From a virus (Duplodnaviria; Heunggongvirae; Uroviricota; Caudoviricetes): DNA of 64,000 bases. A program made the translations under genes and the position numbers. The DNA lies in IMG/VR virus record IMGVR_UViG_3300001199_000001, positions 69,404-133,403 of that record; one strand, given 5' to 3'. The notes beneath the pieces are model-generated. The model was given only the letters and a program-made list of their open reading frames with translations. It made no database searches and had not been told where the DNA came from. Numbering within the stretch: the stretch's first letter is position 1; each line of letters begins with the position of its first letter. Positions 23,130 through 35,700 of the stretch are shown here, piece by piece.

Positions 23130-23520
23130 GGCAATGGATAGGTTGCGTGATGCCGAAATGCGCCTGTTCGCAGAGATCGGCACGCAACTTAAAACGCTTG
23201 GTGAAAACTTCCGTGATTTCACCGATAAGATGTCATCCCAGATGCAAGACGTGCGCGAACGTCTAGCGCGGATCGAATCGGCGACGGACAACGAATCCGG
23301 ACGTATCGACGACATGAGCAAAGAAATCGAAGACCTCGAAAAGAAGCTCGGCGAGACCGTCGAGAAGTACGAGGTTAAGCTTGGCCGTGAAACGGACAAG
23401 CACGTCGAGCTAGACAAGCGGGTCCTGCGCATGGAGTCGGTGATCATCCCGCTAACAACACTTGGCGCCGTCCTCGCGAGCGCCGTTATCTCGGCCATGG
23501 TGGACAGGGTGGTAGGCTGA
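23113..23520 (+). CDS. Coiled-coil protein with C-terminal transmembrane helix
   Basis: Heptad-rich, hydrophobic tail VIIPLTTLGAVLASAVISAMV. Confidence 0.7.
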   Translation: MDDKDRAMDRLRDAEMRLFAEIGTQLKTLGENFRDFTDKMSSQMQDVRERLARIESATDNESGRIDDMSKEIEDLEKKLGETVEKYEVKLGRETDKHVELDKRVLRMESVIIPLTTLGAVLASAVISAMVDRVVG

Positions 23521-23676
23521 TTTGTAGGCAGACTGGGCGTTTCTGGCGATCTTTTATGTCGCAGCTTAACAATAGGAAAAAATCCTTCCCTAGCGTTAAG
23601 TTTAGATGCATCTTTGGATTGTGGATCGGTTCGCGTCGGGCGTCGGCCGTGTCCACCCCAGAAAGGAAACGTCAAC

Positions 23677-23886
23677 ATGGAAGCTGCAATTCAAGCGGTT
23701 AATTTGCGACTGATCGTCAACCCGTTCGATTTGGAAAGGGCGCTGACGGAATGTGATCAACTCAAGGACATTTTTCTCGGAGAAAACCTCAGCAGTAATC
23801 GAAATGTTCTTTTGCTGGAGAACGCGCTACTCCGCCTTGCCGATCATGTCGAGCGTCTGCGGTCGGAGATTCCCCTCCCCTCGTAA
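23677..23886 (+). CDS. Hypothetical protein, 69 aa
   Basis: AAAGGA RBS. Confidence 0.6.
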   Translation: MEAAIQAVNLRLIVNPFDLERALTECDQLKDIFLGENLSSNRNVLLLENALLRLADHVERLRSEIPLPS

Positions 23887-23899
23887 CGAGTAACCTTTC

Positions 23900-24718
23900 A
23901 TGCAAGCTCCCTCGGACGCCTTCCAAGAAGGCGCCCCGCCGCTGACAAAATCACAGGCTAGAGCCCTTCGTCGGCAAAAACGGAAAACAGAAGCGCATCA
24001 AGGCGTCCGCCCTCTTGAGGCGAAGACGCAGAAGCAAAAGCTTTATTTGCGCTACCTTTTCGAGGGACAAAGCATTATCGCCGTTGGAGGCGCGGGCGTT
24101 GGTAAGACCTATATCGCAGCCCGCGTCGCCGCCAAGAAGTTGATTGAAGGCAAGGTCGAGCGCATCGTCATCTGCCGCGCGACGGTCTCCAAAGCCAAGC
24201 ACGCGCTCGGTTTCCTGCCGGGGAATCTTGAGGCCAAGCTCAAGCCTTGGCTTGTGCCCATCCTCGACGGCTTTAAAGCCGAAGTCTCCGCCAAGACTAT
24301 TGACGACTGGAAGGCGCAAGGGATCATCGAGTTCCTGTCCTTCGAGCACATGCGGGGCCGCACCCTCGGCGACGCGTTCGTCATCCTCGACGAAGCACAG
24401 AACTGCGACATCGGCGACCTGCAACTGTTCCTGACCCGTGCAGGTGAAAATTCCCAGATCGTCATTACCGGCGATATGGATCAGATCGATATCCCGGTCT
24501 CCGGCCTGCAAGAAATTGTAGAGATGGTCGAAGACAACTCCGACATTCCGATGGAAGTTGTTCAGTTTAGCGACGAAGATGTTGTTCGCTCACCGCTTGC
24601 GAAAGCTTGGGTCAAAGCGTTCAGCCGTCGTAAAAACGGAATCGAAATCAATAGAAATCTTGACGTTCTCCCGAATTTCATTACAAATGGTCCACGAGTC
24701 ACTTTAAGTGATGAGTGA
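23900..24718 (+). CDS. phoH: PhoH-family ATPase
   Basis: GGAGVGKT, LGFLPG.LEAK, MRGRT, ILDEAQN, LTR.GE, GD..Q.D, DVVRS. Confidence 0.96.
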   Translation: MQAPSDAFQEGAPPLTKSQARALRRQKRKTEAHQGVRPLEAKTQKQKLYLRYLFEGQSIIAVGGAGVGKTYIAARVAAKKLIEGKVERIVICRATVSKAKHALGFLPGNLEAKLKPWLVPILDGFKAEVSAKTIDDWKAQGIIEFLSFEHMRGRTLGDAFVILDEAQNCDIGDLQLFLTRAGENSQIVITGDMDQIDIPVSGLQEIVEMVEDNSDIPMEVVQFSDEDVVRSPLAKAWVKAFSRRKNGIEINRNLDVLPNFITNGPRVTLSDE

Positions 24719-24740
24719 TAGCGCTTCGGGGATTTAAGAA

Positions 24741-25262
24741 ATGGCGTTTACTTTTGCTGTAGAGACTGGGATGGCTGACCCCGATGCCAATTCCTATGTC
24801 ACTGTTGAATATGCGGATGACTATATAGAAACCAACATCCACTCCTCGACGGAATGGTTGGCGCTATCAGATGGGACTAAGGAAAGACTTCTGGTCCGGG
24901 CATCGAAGATTTTGGATGTCCGCGTGGCGTGGGAAGGCGAGCGGGTCGATCAGGACTCAGGCCTTCGCTGGCCCAGGTCTGGTGTCTATGACCGCGACGG
25001 CTTCCTGATTGCGGAAGACTCGATCCCGGTTGCCCTGATGGACGCGGTCGCTGAATTCGCTTCCTACCTTATGGGCAGTGACTGGACCGCGCCGTCCTCG
25101 AACAACGGGTTCAAAGAAATTCAGGTCGGCCCCATCGAGATCAAGTTCGATCACGAATATCGCCAGATCGCCATCCCGGACACGGTTACCATGCTGCTTG
25201 AAGGACTCGGTCTTGCGAACAGCGGACGCCGTCCGGCCTTCAAAAAGATCATCAGACACTAA
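24741..25262 (+). CDS. Head-tail adaptor (DnaT-like domain)
   Basis: ANSYVTVEYADDY...Q...L.WPR.GV...IP..L..A.AE.A; first gene of the neck block. Confidence 0.8.
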   Translation: MAFTFAVETGMADPDANSYVTVEYADDYIETNIHSSTEWLALSDGTKERLLVRASKILDVRVAWEGERVDQDSGLRWPRSGVYDRDGFLIAEDSIPVALMDAVAEFASYLMGSDWTAPSSNNGFKEIQVGPIEIKFDHEYRQIAIPDTVTMLLEGLGLANSGRRPAFKKIIRH

Positions 25263-25645
25263 TGGGCCTTCGTTCCGTCATCGAAGCGGGCATTGACGCC
25301 GCTTTCAACGCTGTCGGTGGCGACGACGGCTTGCTGGTGGCTGTCACTTACAAGTCGGTGACGGGGTCGACCTACGATGTCGATACCGGATCGATTTCAG
25401 TCGCCTCAACCAATGTCAATCTGACACGGGCGCTACTCTACGATTTCGATCAGAAGGAAGTCGATAACGACGTGGCGATCAAAACCGACCAGAAGTTCTG
25501 CGCCCCGGCCAAGGACTTCGGCGGGATCGTTCCGAAATCGCTGGACACCTTTGTCGATGATAAGGGACGCAACTGGGAAGTCATCAAGCTGATGGGTGTC
25601 CCTGCCGACCTCTTGTACATCCTGCACGTCCGGTCGACGCGATGA
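25262..25645 (+). CDS. Head-closure/neck protein
   Basis: Position, size and beta-rich pattern (YDVDTG). Confidence 0.6.
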   Translation: MGLRSVIEAGIDAAFNAVGGDDGLLVAVTYKSVTGSTYDVDTGSISVASTNVNLTRALLYDFDQKEVDNDVAIKTDQKFCAPAKDFGGIVPKSLDTFVDDKGRNWEVIKLMGVPADLLYILHVRSTR

Positions 25646-26139
25646 GAAAGACCCACACCTTCGGGGGGTCTCGCATGAAAGCTGCCTTTGTTGAAGATTT
25701 TGATCTGTTTAAGCAGTTCAAGGAACTCGCAAAAGAGCGCTATCGCCAGCGGGTGAACCTCATTCTCCACCGCCTCACCGAACGGGTGATGATCAGCACG
25801 GCGGTCTGGGAAGGCGAGACTTTGGCCAACTGGCGGTGGTCTGTCGGTTCACCTGCGACGGGCAATATCGAAGCATTCGGAACAGACGACCCTGGCCCGA
25901 CCAATACGATGCAGCTTGGCGCAGAACCACGCCGTGGCGCCAACGAGCGCCCGATGCTGGCGTCCCTTTCCCGGATCAAAGCGCTCAAGACGCTGCCGGA
26001 TAAAATCTTTCTGACCAACACAGGGACCATCGCCATGGAAATGGAATACGGCATGGTTCCCGGCGCTCCCGGTCAGCGGGTCCGCTCTGAGGGCATGCTG
26101 CGTCTTGCAGTAGCCGAAGCGGCGATACTGAGAATTTAA
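25642..26139 (+). CDS. Neck/tail-completion protein (HK97 gp10-like)
   Basis: T.VWEG...ANW.WSVG...N...Y...MEYG...Q...GM.R. Confidence 0.7.
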   Translation: MRKTHTFGGSRMKAAFVEDFDLFKQFKELAKERYRQRVNLILHRLTERVMISTAVWEGETLANWRWSVGSPATGNIEAFGTDDPGPTNTMQLGAEPRRGANERPMLASLSRIKALKTLPDKIFLTNTGTIAMEMEYGMVPGAPGQRVRSEGMLRLAVAEAAILRI

Positions 26140-26229
26140 AAATGCCGATCCTGATGTCCACCATCCTTCTTTTCCACGTCTGGCAGTCGCTCTGGTTTCC
26201 GACCGAGTCACTTAAAGTGAAATCCTTCT

Positions 26230-26715
26230 ATGAGTAATGAATTCGATACACTGCGGAAGGTTCTCGTCGGCCGAGCGATTGCGGTGGCGACGGAACTCGG
26301 CATGTCTGATGATATTCAGGTCCCGAACGGCCCTCCGCCGATGAGCGCGCTGCCGGATAGCGACGCGAGCACCGCGCCGCCCTGGATTAATTTCTGGTAC
26401 AAGCTCGGCCCTAACAGCCAGTTGGCTGAACTCGGCGGGCCTAAGGCGCTCGAAATAACGCCCGGTATCCTCCAGTTCGATATTCTCGTCCCAGAAAAGA
26501 CCGGCGACGGCGCCGCTATAACCTTGGCCAATCGCATCAAGAAGAAGATCAACCGAAAGCAGTGGCTAATACCGCCCGACGGTTACGTAACGCTCCAACC
26601 AGCGGGCATCGTGACTAACCTTCCAGCTAAGTCTGGATGGTACAGAGTATGCGTTGATTGTACCTTTTACTTCTATCATAGAGACCCTGACGCCGATCCT
26701 CTACAAGACTTCTGA
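26230..26715 (+). CDS. Tail terminator protein
   Basis: PW...Y...G.LQFDILVP...GDGA...A..I; precedes the tail tube gene. Confidence 0.72.
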   Translation: MSNEFDTLRKVLVGRAIAVATELGMSDDIQVPNGPPPMSALPDSDASTAPPWINFWYKLGPNSQLAELGGPKALEITPGILQFDILVPEKTGDGAAITLANRIKKKINRKQWLIPPDGYVTLQPAGIVTNLPAKSGWYRVCVDCTFYFYHRDPDADPLQDF

Positions 26716-26871
26716 TTGGTTCAAGAACGCGATGACAGTTATACTGGAATCGCAAGTCTAAATTCTTGACAAACTATAAGCTTCAGAGTAGGGTGCCGTT
26801 ACTCGCGGCGTGGACCGGGTCGGTGAACGTTAGCGTCCTTCCATCATTAATCATAAGGGTGGTGACTCCTC

Positions 26872-28710
26872 ATGGTCGCAATCTTCGCCGACTCCAACCG
26901 CGCTCGCCTCCGTCTTCTTAAGGAAGACAACAGTGCTTGGGGTGAAATTCCTTCTACTGGCTCGTCGCGGGAACTCCGCTACACCTCTTCGTCGGTTACG
27001 CCCGCGAAGAACACCGTCATTTCCGAAGAAATTCGGGCGGACCGGATGGTTGCCGACCACATCGAAGTGGGCGCTAACTCGACCGGTGAAATCGCCTTCG
27101 AATTCTCGGCTGGCTCGCACGACGACCTCCTAGAGTCGTTCATGTACGGTGCTTGGACCCGTCCGATGACCTTTGACTCGGTCAAAGGCACGTCGCTTTC
27201 ATGGGCCGACACCAACACGCTGCATGTCAATGGTAAGGACGTTTCCGACTACTTCGTGGTTGGTCGTCGCGTTCGCACCAACGGCTTTAAGACCCCTGCC
27301 AACAACAACTACTGGCAGATCAGCGCCGTGACGTGGAACTCTGGAGCCAACCGTACTGAGATCGACATGTCGACCTCGACGGCTGTCGCCGAAGTGGGTA
27401 ACTCCAAGTCAGTCATGTTCGACGCGAACGACGTTATCGTCCTGAAGAGCACTGCGATCCGTTTCGGTACCTCGGGTGCTTCGACCATCGACTCGAACAG
27501 CGGCAACGCTTTCGCGGCGGCTATCGCGGCTGGTCAACTGGTCGCTGGTCAGAAGATTTACGTCGAAGGTCCCCAAGGCCTTGAAACCGGTGCAGTCACA
27601 CTGACCACTGATGCTCCGACTGCGGGAGCCAGAGTCACTATAAATGACGGCGAAAAGTCGTGGATTTTCCAATTCGGTGGATCGGGCGGCAACAGCGTCA
27701 CCGTCGTCACCCTTGGCTCAGATCACGAAGACTCAGCCGTTAATCTCGCCGCTGCGATCAACAACGAACGTATCCGTGGCAACCTGGATTGCTCGGCGAC
27801 GGCTGCGGGTGGCGTGGTCACCGTTCGGAACCTTATGGTTACTGGCGGCACGATCACCGAATCTGTTGCGGACGCGAACGTCGCGGTCACCAACTTCTCT
27901 GGTGGCGTTGCTTCGATCCGTGGCGTCTTCACTGTCACGACGGCAACTGACGACATTCTGACCGTCAGCCCGGCTCCGGCGACCTTCGCTAACGCTGGCG
28001 CGCTTGCGGTCACGATCAAGGGCTCGATGCTGCGCAACCCGTCCGATCCGGACGACATCACGCCGCAATCGTGGGTCATCGAAACGGCTATCGAAGACGT
28101 TAGCCAGTTCTATATCACCCGTGGCCTGCGCGTCGGCACCTTCTCGTACAGCTTCGCGGCTAACTCGATCCTGACCGGCAGCTTCGCTTTCAACGGCGCC
28201 GCTTCCACCCGTCAGATCACCACCCTTCTGGGTGACACGCCGTATACGCCGCTTGAGACGACTTCGACCCCCGTCATGAACGCGACCGTCAACGTCGGCT
28301 ACGTCAAGGTTAACGGTGAAGCCCTCACGACCGCCATCCAGTCGCTGGAACTGAACGGCACGAACAACCTGCGTGACCAGAACGCGATTTCCTACAAGTT
28401 CCCTGCCGGTATCGGTGCGGGTCGTATGGAAATCAGCGGTTCGATGACTGCCTACTTCGCCGACGGCGCTCTGTGGGACAAGTTCATCGATCACGAAACG
28501 ATGTCGCTGGAGTTCAACGTCGTTGACGTTGAGGATCACCGCTACGAGTTCACCATCCCAGCCGTTGTCTTCTCGGCCGATGGCGTGGCTCCGTCGGGCG
28601 GCAACCAAGACATCATGGAAAATCTGGAATGGATGGCCAAGCGCGATCCGGCGACTTCCTGCCAAATCCAGATCGACCGCTTCTCCTGCACCTATCCGGT
28701 TACGGCGTAA
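26872..28710 (+). CDS. Major tail tube protein
   Basis: 612 aa, ISEEIRADR, G.I.FEFS, G...ISGS.TAYFAD; precedes chaperone and TMP. Confidence 0.88.
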   Translation: MVAIFADSNRARLRLLKEDNSAWGEIPSTGSSRELRYTSSSVTPAKNTVISEEIRADRMVADHIEVGANSTGEIAFEFSAGSHDDLLESFMYGAWTRPMTFDSVKGTSLSWADTNTLHVNGKDVSDYFVVGRRVRTNGFKTPANNNYWQISAVTWNSGANRTEIDMSTSTAVAEVGNSKSVMFDANDVIVLKSTAIRFGTSGASTIDSNSGNAFAAAIAAGQLVAGQKIYVEGPQGLETGAVTLTTDAPTAGARVTINDGEKSWIFQFGGSGGNSVTVVTLGSDHEDSAVNLAAAINNERIRGNLDCSATAAGGVVTVRNLMVTGGTITESVADANVAVTNFSGGVASIRGVFTVTTATDDILTVSPAPATFANAGALAVTIKGSMLRNPSDPDDITPQSWVIETAIEDVSQFYITRGLRVGTFSYSFAANSILTGSFAFNGAASTRQITTLLGDTPYTPLETTSTPVMNATVNVGYVKVNGEALTTAIQSLELNGTNNLRDQNAISYKFPAGIGAGRMEISGSMTAYFADGALWDKFIDHETMSLEFNVVDVEDHRYEFTIPAVVFSADGVAPSGGNQDIMENLEWMAKRDPATSCQIQIDRFSCTYPVTA

Positions 28711-28923
28711 GAGTCACTTTAAGTTACCTCCGGGCTTCGGCCCGGAGTTTTTGCCTTCCCCCGACCTTCTTGTCATCGACAGAAGTCAAGCGCGCTTGCA
28801 GGGAGGAGCGAGGAAGTCGGGGCCTCGCTCCTCCCAACCTTTCCCAAAAACCAGTGAACCGGGTCGTGTCCTCCGACCACTGGTCCCCTCGTAGGACATA
28901 ATCCCCCTGACAGGACTATTACA

Positions 28924-29358
28924 ATGATCTTCAAGACGAACCTCGACGAAATGTTCCTTACCGATAAGGAAAGCGAAGAAGACGGCATCTGGGTCGAAGT
29001 CGACACCACCAAGTCGCTCAAGATTCGCGCCAACTCGGCCAAGGCGGTTACGGACCTGCGCGAACAACTGATGAAGCCCTATGCGATGCTTCAGCGTTCG
29101 GGCGGCAAGCTTTCTGACGATAAGTCGGAAGAAATCGGCCTCCGCGTCATCGCTGGCGGCGTTATCGCCGACTGGAAAGGCATCGAGAGCATCGAAGGTG
29201 AAGGCGAAGACGCCAAGGCCGTGCCAATCAACTACAGCGCCGACAACGCCTACAAGCTCCTGAAGGCCATGCCGCGTTTTGCAAACTTCGTGGTCGGCAT
29301 CTCGATGGACGGCCAGATGTACAAGGACACGGTCCGTGAGGACGGCGTAAAAAACTAA
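28924..29358 (+). CDS. Tail assembly chaperone (gpG-like)
   Basis: Between tail tube and TMP; ends ...GVKN at a slippery site. Confidence 0.85.
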   Translation: MIFKTNLDEMFLTDKESEEDGIWVEVDTTKSLKIRANSAKAVTDLREQLMKPYAMLQRSGGKLSDDKSEEIGLRVIAGGVIADWKGIESIEGEGEDAKAVPINYSADNAYKLLKAMPRFANFVVGISMDGQMYKDTVREDGVKN

Positions 29359-29747
29359 TCGACGCGCTGGTCTCGACCGTCAAGCAACAGGACAAAAAGG
29401 CGACTTATCGGAAGAAGCTCGCCGAAGCCGGATTGTTAGGTCGAGACAACCTGCCGCCGGAAGACCCGCCAGTAGAACCGTACGATGACCTCATGTGGGT
29501 CTGGTCCGGCTTCTGGCGACTTTCGGCGAGCCGTCCGATCATTGCCATGGTGGGACCAGCCCGTCTTCCCCCGTCTGAAATCTACGCCTTTTGTCAGCTT
29601 CAGGGGTGGGATTTCACAAAACAACGAGACTTTCTTTTCTACGTAGACGCCCTGGACGCCAAGTTCATGGAAGTCGTCAACGAGGAGCAGGAAAAGGAAC
29701 AGAAGAAGCGAGAAGCCGCGAGCAAAAAGCCTAACGGAAGAAGGTAA
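29349..29747 (+). CDS. -1 frameshift extension of the tail chaperone (gpGT-like)
   Basis: Slippery A AAA AAC at 29349-29355; the -1 frame is open to 29747 (W..FW.LS..R...LP.SEI). Confidence 0.82.
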   Translation, partial: KKLIDALVSTVKQQDKKATYRKKLAEAGLLGRDNLPPEDPPVEPYDDLMWVWSGFWRLSASRPIIAMVGPARLPPSEIYAFCQLQGWDFTKQRDFLFYVDALDAKFMEVVNEEQEKEQKKREAASKKPNGRR

Positions 29748-32700
29748 TGGCAGAAAATCAACTCCTAGCTCTGACAGTAGATACCGGGCAAGCCCGCGTC
29801 GATCTTACTGCGCTCGGCCGGGCGTTCGAACAAGCTGCCAACCACGCTCGCGGTTTTCGTGAGACTATCAAAGGCGCTACTGCTGGCGCCGACAAGTCTC
29901 TGGGCGGTCTAGCGAAGTCGTCCGAGAAGCTGATCGCGACGACGAACGCCCTCTCGAAGGTCAAGCTCGATGGGCGGACCGCTGACAACCTCGTAAAATT
30001 CTCCAAGGCGATGGACGCCATCGCCGGAACGAAGACGATCTCGAAGGCGAAGGTCACCAACTTCACGTCCTTCGTTGAGTCACTTAATCGTGTGACGGCA
30101 GGTGGCAGCGCCGCAAGTCAACTCCATGCCTTCGCTGGCGCGATCAACGCTGTCGCCAACACCAAGACCATTTCAAAGGCGCAAGCCGCTAACCTCCTCG
30201 CCTTCAATAAGGCGTTGAAGGGTCTCGTCGTGCCGAAGGGCGCAGCCGAACTCGGCCGCCTCGGCACCGCCCTCGCATCATTCAAGGCTCCGACGACCAG
30301 TCAGGTGACGCGCCTGCGTTCATTCTTCAATGTGCTGGGTAAGTTCGGAGCCATGGCGGTTCCGGCTGGAGCCATCCGTTCGATTGCGCAGCTTTCGACG
30401 GCCCTTAGCAGTCTCGGTAATTTCAGCCCCCCTTCCCCTGCTAAACTCCAGCGCATCCGTGATCTCTTCACGATGCTATCCTCGATTCAGCGCATTCCGA
30501 ACGCGTCGGCAATCGCTCGCGATCTAGATATGATCGGTCAGGCCGCTCAGCGCGCGTCTAACGGCTTCGCTGGCCTCCCGCCACGCCTCGGCCAAGCGCA
30601 ACAGGCCATGAACAAGAGCCGTGCCGGTGTCATGCACCTCGGCAACGATCTTCGTGGGCTGAGCGCGCGATTCTCACTTGCCTACCAGTCAGGAACGTTG
30701 TTCGGGACGATGTTCTCGGCGTTCACGCTCGGGACTTTTATCCGCAACATCTATGAAGTGAACACCCAACTCCAGAAGCTTGAGTTGTCGATGTTCTTCG
30801 CCTCCGGATCGATGGCAGGCGCTGAAAAAGCTATGGGTTCGTTCTCAGCCATGGCTTACGAAATGGGCCTTGATATGAAGAAGGCCGCTGACCCGTTCTC
30901 GCGGTTCGTTATCTCGGCCAAGACATCAGGAATTGAGCTTGAAAAAGCTCAGAAAATCTTCGGCAGTGTCTCTAAGGTTCTGACCGTGGTTGGCGCGTCT
31001 AGTGCTCAGATGGAACTGGCCTTCTACGGCCTGAGCCAAATGATCATGAAGGGCAAGGTCTCCTCGGAAGAATTTAACCGTCAGATCGGTGAACAAATTC
31101 CGGGTAACGCCGTGATTGGTGCGAAGGCCTTGAGCAAGCTCGAAGGTCGCTTTGTCAGCGTTGCCGAATTCTTCAAGAAGATGTCCCTCGGCGCCATCAT
31201 GTCGAAGGAATTCTTGATTGAGTACGCGAACGCTCTCGAAGAGCGCTTCGGCCCTATGCTGGAACTCGCTCTTGAACGTCCGGCAGTTAAGCTCGCCCAA
31301 CTGAAAAACGCATTCACTATCTTTGCTAAAGAGGTAGGTGACGCTGGATTCATGGCTGCCGTCGGTTCAGGTCTAGACACCATCCTCGATAAGATCATCG
31401 TTCTTGATGAAAACAAGGTTCCTCACCTAACCGCAGAAGCCAAGAAACTGGCTAAAGAGATCGGGCAAAACCTTGGGGGTATTATTAGAAAGACCGCCGA
31501 CGCTTTCGCGTACATGGCGGAGAACATCGATAAGGTAGTTCTTGCTGCAAAAGCATTGATTGCACTTGGGCTCGCCAAGAGCGTCATGGGCCTTGGAGTA
31601 GCCGCGTCGTCGATGGCTACAGGCGGGTTGCAGAAAGGCGCGAAGTTCTTATCACCGCAAGCAGCGGCGGCTATGGGCGGCAATCCGTTTGCTCCGGTCG
31701 CCGCTGGCGCTGCCGGAGCAGCGGCTGCGGCTGGGGGACGAGGGGCAGCCGGAGCCGCGTCGCGAGGGATTTTCGGTAGGATCGCGGCTCCCTTTACCAC
31801 AGCATTGACGGCTGCTGGGGCGGCTAGAGACGCGTTCGCGAACGGCACTGTCGCAGGTAACCTTCGCCGCACCCAACGTACCTTGGGATCAGCAGACCGC
31901 ACAGGGGTAATGCTACGCCGGGCGGGGCTCGCTAACTCGGCGATGGGTATGACTGGTCGTGCGGGTGTCGCTGCGCGTCTCACCACAGCTATTCCCGCAA
32001 CAGCCTTCGCCGCGAACGTACGCGGAGCCGGGATGCTTATGGGTGCTCTCGGTAAGCTGACTAAGGTTACCGGTTTGGTGGGCATAGCTTTCGGTGCTAC
32101 CGCCCTTGCGATGTCTGTCTTTAGCCAGAAGCAGGTCCAACTTGAAGGCCGCACGGTAAAGGTAGGGCACATCCTCACCGGAACTTTCGCGGTTATCGGC
32201 GACAAAGTCAAAGACGCGATGGAGAAGGCCTCAAAAGGCGGGGGAGCTTTCGCTAAGTTCTTGACCTACCTTCAGACAAACGGCGGCACGCTGCTGGCCA
32301 AACTGATGGCTGCCTTCATCACATTCGGTGAGGTGATCTTTAACGTGTTCGGCGGTGTCGCCGATGCGATGCATACCATGCTTGTTAAGCCTTTGTTGGA
32401 GGTGGTCGCGCTCGTCGACGCCATCATGAAAAAGGACTGGTCCAAAGCAGGCGAAAGCGCCGTATCCCTCGTTAAAGGGCTCCTGGGCGGTAACATCATA
32501 AAGGCTGGCGGGCAAGTTGTAGGCGGGGCGAAGGCCGGTATTGATGCTGTCGGAAACTTTGACGAAACCTACAAGAGTATTGTAACACAGACAGGTGTTG
32601 CGGCTGACGCTGAAGCAGCCGAACTAGCTAAGCAAAAAGCTAAAAGCGACCAGATGAAGCAAGCCGAACTCGCCATGAAGGCGATGGACGCGGCAGATGC

Positions 32701-35700
32701 GCAGATGGTGGCTTCACAAGAGTTGGTCGCGGCGGCGCGTATCCTTAAGGCAAACGCCGCTGATCTTGACTATGCCGATCTTCATGCAAGTCTATCAAGT
32801 CTGGCCGACGGCTCATTCATGAAGGGATTGATTGACAAGCGTCCGGCTGGCTCGACTGATCCGGCGGGTCCTGCACCAGTCCTCGATGCAACAGGTAAGC
32901 CGATTGCAGCTATTCCGATCCAAACCGACCGGGATAGCTTGCGCAATATCATGGATTGGGCGCACTCGTCCATCATCCAGCAGGAGTCCCACGGACGCGC
33001 GGGAGCCGTCGGCGGTCAGACTCAGTGGGGCCGTGCTATCGGTGCTGGGCAGATGCTGGAGAGCACGGCTGTATCTACGGCTAATCGTCACGGCGTCCAG
33101 TACAGCCGTTCAAAAATGCTGGGGAAGACTGAAGAAGATAAAGCCTATCAAATCGATCTGTCCCGTAAGCATTTCGAAGACCTTTTCAGGGACAACCACA
33201 AGAAGCAATTTAACAGCAGGCCACTAACGTCGGAAGAATTCCACTCAACTCTTGAGAAGTCGATCCTGCAATACCACGCCGGTCCCAACGAAAAACTGTG
33301 GGGACCGAACACATACGCATATCTACGCGAGACCCTAGCACGTACCGGTTTGTCGATGAGCGGTACGACCACCGGATTCAATCGAGAAGACGTTCAGGCG
33401 CGCTTGAAGCAGCAAGGCAGAATAGATGGCGTCGCTCCTAACTTCCAATATCTCGTAGCACCGGGTGCTCAGACAGCCGGTAACCTTATCGCCGGTAACA
33501 CGATGCCTACAATTGGCGCGGGCGGAACCGGCGGCGCGACCATCAGCGAGGGCGAAGAAGAAACCATAACGAAACAGCGCCGCGCAAACATAGAACGAAT
33601 CACGTCCGCGATGGGTCGTATGAATCCGTACGAGCGCGCTAATGCCGAGATGTTCGACTGGTTGGCGGAATGGCAGAAGATTAACGACGCCGAACAGAAG
33701 ATGCTCACCGCAGCTTCCCAGCAAGGCGGAGACGCTGCCAAGGAATTCAAATCACTGATCACGCCTGAAGTCCTCGCTGATTTCGAGCGTGGTTATGAGA
33801 TCATGATGAAGAAGCGCGAGGAGGCCGCGAATCCTCTCGGCAAAGAAAATCGTCTCATGGAAGATCAGCTTAAAATTCAAAAGCTAATCGTTTCAGGCAT
33901 GGACGATGAGGCAGAATGGCAGGGCAAGCTAAATGCCCTGAAAGAAGAATTCCAGGTTATCAACGAAGAGACCCTTCGTACTGAGAAGGCTCGCTTCCTT
34001 CAACTCAAGGACATGGAACGCGTGATGCGGGCTCAAAACATGTTGAAGGACATGCAAGAGACTGTGCGCGACCGTAATATGAGCCCGTCTCAGCGCCAGT
34101 CGACAAGCTATTATCGTCAGACGCTACAGGACATCACCGGCAAGCAATCCAATTCGGTTACGGACCTTGAGAACGGTTTGAGCGACGGTATCAAGGAAGC
34201 TGCCAAGGAAGTCGCACGCCTAAAGGAAGAGATCGAAAATCCACCGGGCTTCCAGCGTTGGGTGCAGGGCCTTGAGCCGTTCGCCAAGCGCCTCGAAGAT
34301 ATCAAGGCCACGTTTGTTGAAGACCTCTCCAACGGCATCACCGACTCCCTAATGGGGGATAAAGTTGACTGGCGTGCCATCGCCAAGAAGGCCGTCCGTG
34401 ATATGACCAAGGCCCGCGTCGATGAGATGCTTGGCCAAGTGATGAAGAACTTTGGCGTTGGCGGTAAAGATAAGACCCTAGAAGGCCAGATGGTCACCGC
34501 GCAGGACAAGCTCAACAAGATGCTTGAAGCGCAGACAGGGCGTCTCAACAGTTCCATCGCCACCAATGTCCAGCAATCAGCAGCCAAGTTGACGAGTGCT
34601 GGCGATCACTTGATCGAAGCGGCGAACGCACTCAAAATGGCGGCAGGGAAAGAGCCTAGTCCTAAGGACGCCGCTGAGGAAGCTGCTAAGGCTGGTAAGG
34701 AATCAGCAGCGCCACCCCAGGCTGGTGCGGGAACGACGCCGACGGCGGCCAATGCCGGTGTTACGCCTTATATGCATCCTGGCGACCTCGATCAAAAGGT
34801 AACCGAGGTTGAAGAACTCGTCATCTCGGCTAAGCGTCCGGACCGCTCTAAGACCAGCTTCGTCGACATGCTCATGCCGCAGATCAAGGACTTTGCCGGT
34901 GGGCCTAACGCTAAAGGCGGCGGCTTCATGAAGCAGATATTGCTCATGATCGGCTCCGCTATTGGTGGTAAAGGCGACCTGAAGAAATCCCTTGGAATCT
35001 ACATGGGCGTTAACGCGCTCGGCGGTGTCTTCAAAGCCTTGACTGGTAAGAAGGGCGCGTCTGCTATTACAGAGGATGTGCCTGAAGACGTTGCGGAAAT
35101 TCTAACGACCCCCGCACAGCAAATGACCGAAGCTGCCACAAATCATAACACGGCGGCAGAAAATCAGAACACGGCGGCACAGAAGACGCTAGAAGGAGCC
35201 GTAAAGCTCGGAGAAGGTAGCGACCAGTTGAAGGCGGCGGCAAACGCTGTTTCCAAAATGGCGGCCTCTGGCGGTGGATCGGGCGGCGGTGGTGGCGATG
35301 TCGCCGCAGCTATCAAGCAAGCTGGATCAGTGGTCGCGAGTAGCGGCGGCAGTGGTGGTGGTTATTATTCGGATGGCTCGAATAATGCACTCGATGACCT
35401 TGTCAATTCATCTATGGACCGGAGCGGTGACTGGGGAGGCTTCCAACCGCACAGCATGCCGTCAGCAGAGTTCGTCCCGCAGGACATGATCGACATGTCT
35501 CAGGTCCAGCCTTTCGACGCCCCGATCTCAGGCGATTCTGGTGGCGGCATGATGTCTTCGATCATGAGCATGGGCTCGAAGCTCATGAGCATGTTCAGCG
35601 GCGGCAGCGGTGGTGGTGGAGCATCAGGCGGGGATGGCGGTGGCATGATGTCCTCCATCACGAGCATGTTTGGCGGCGGTGAAGGCGGCGGTGGCGGTGA

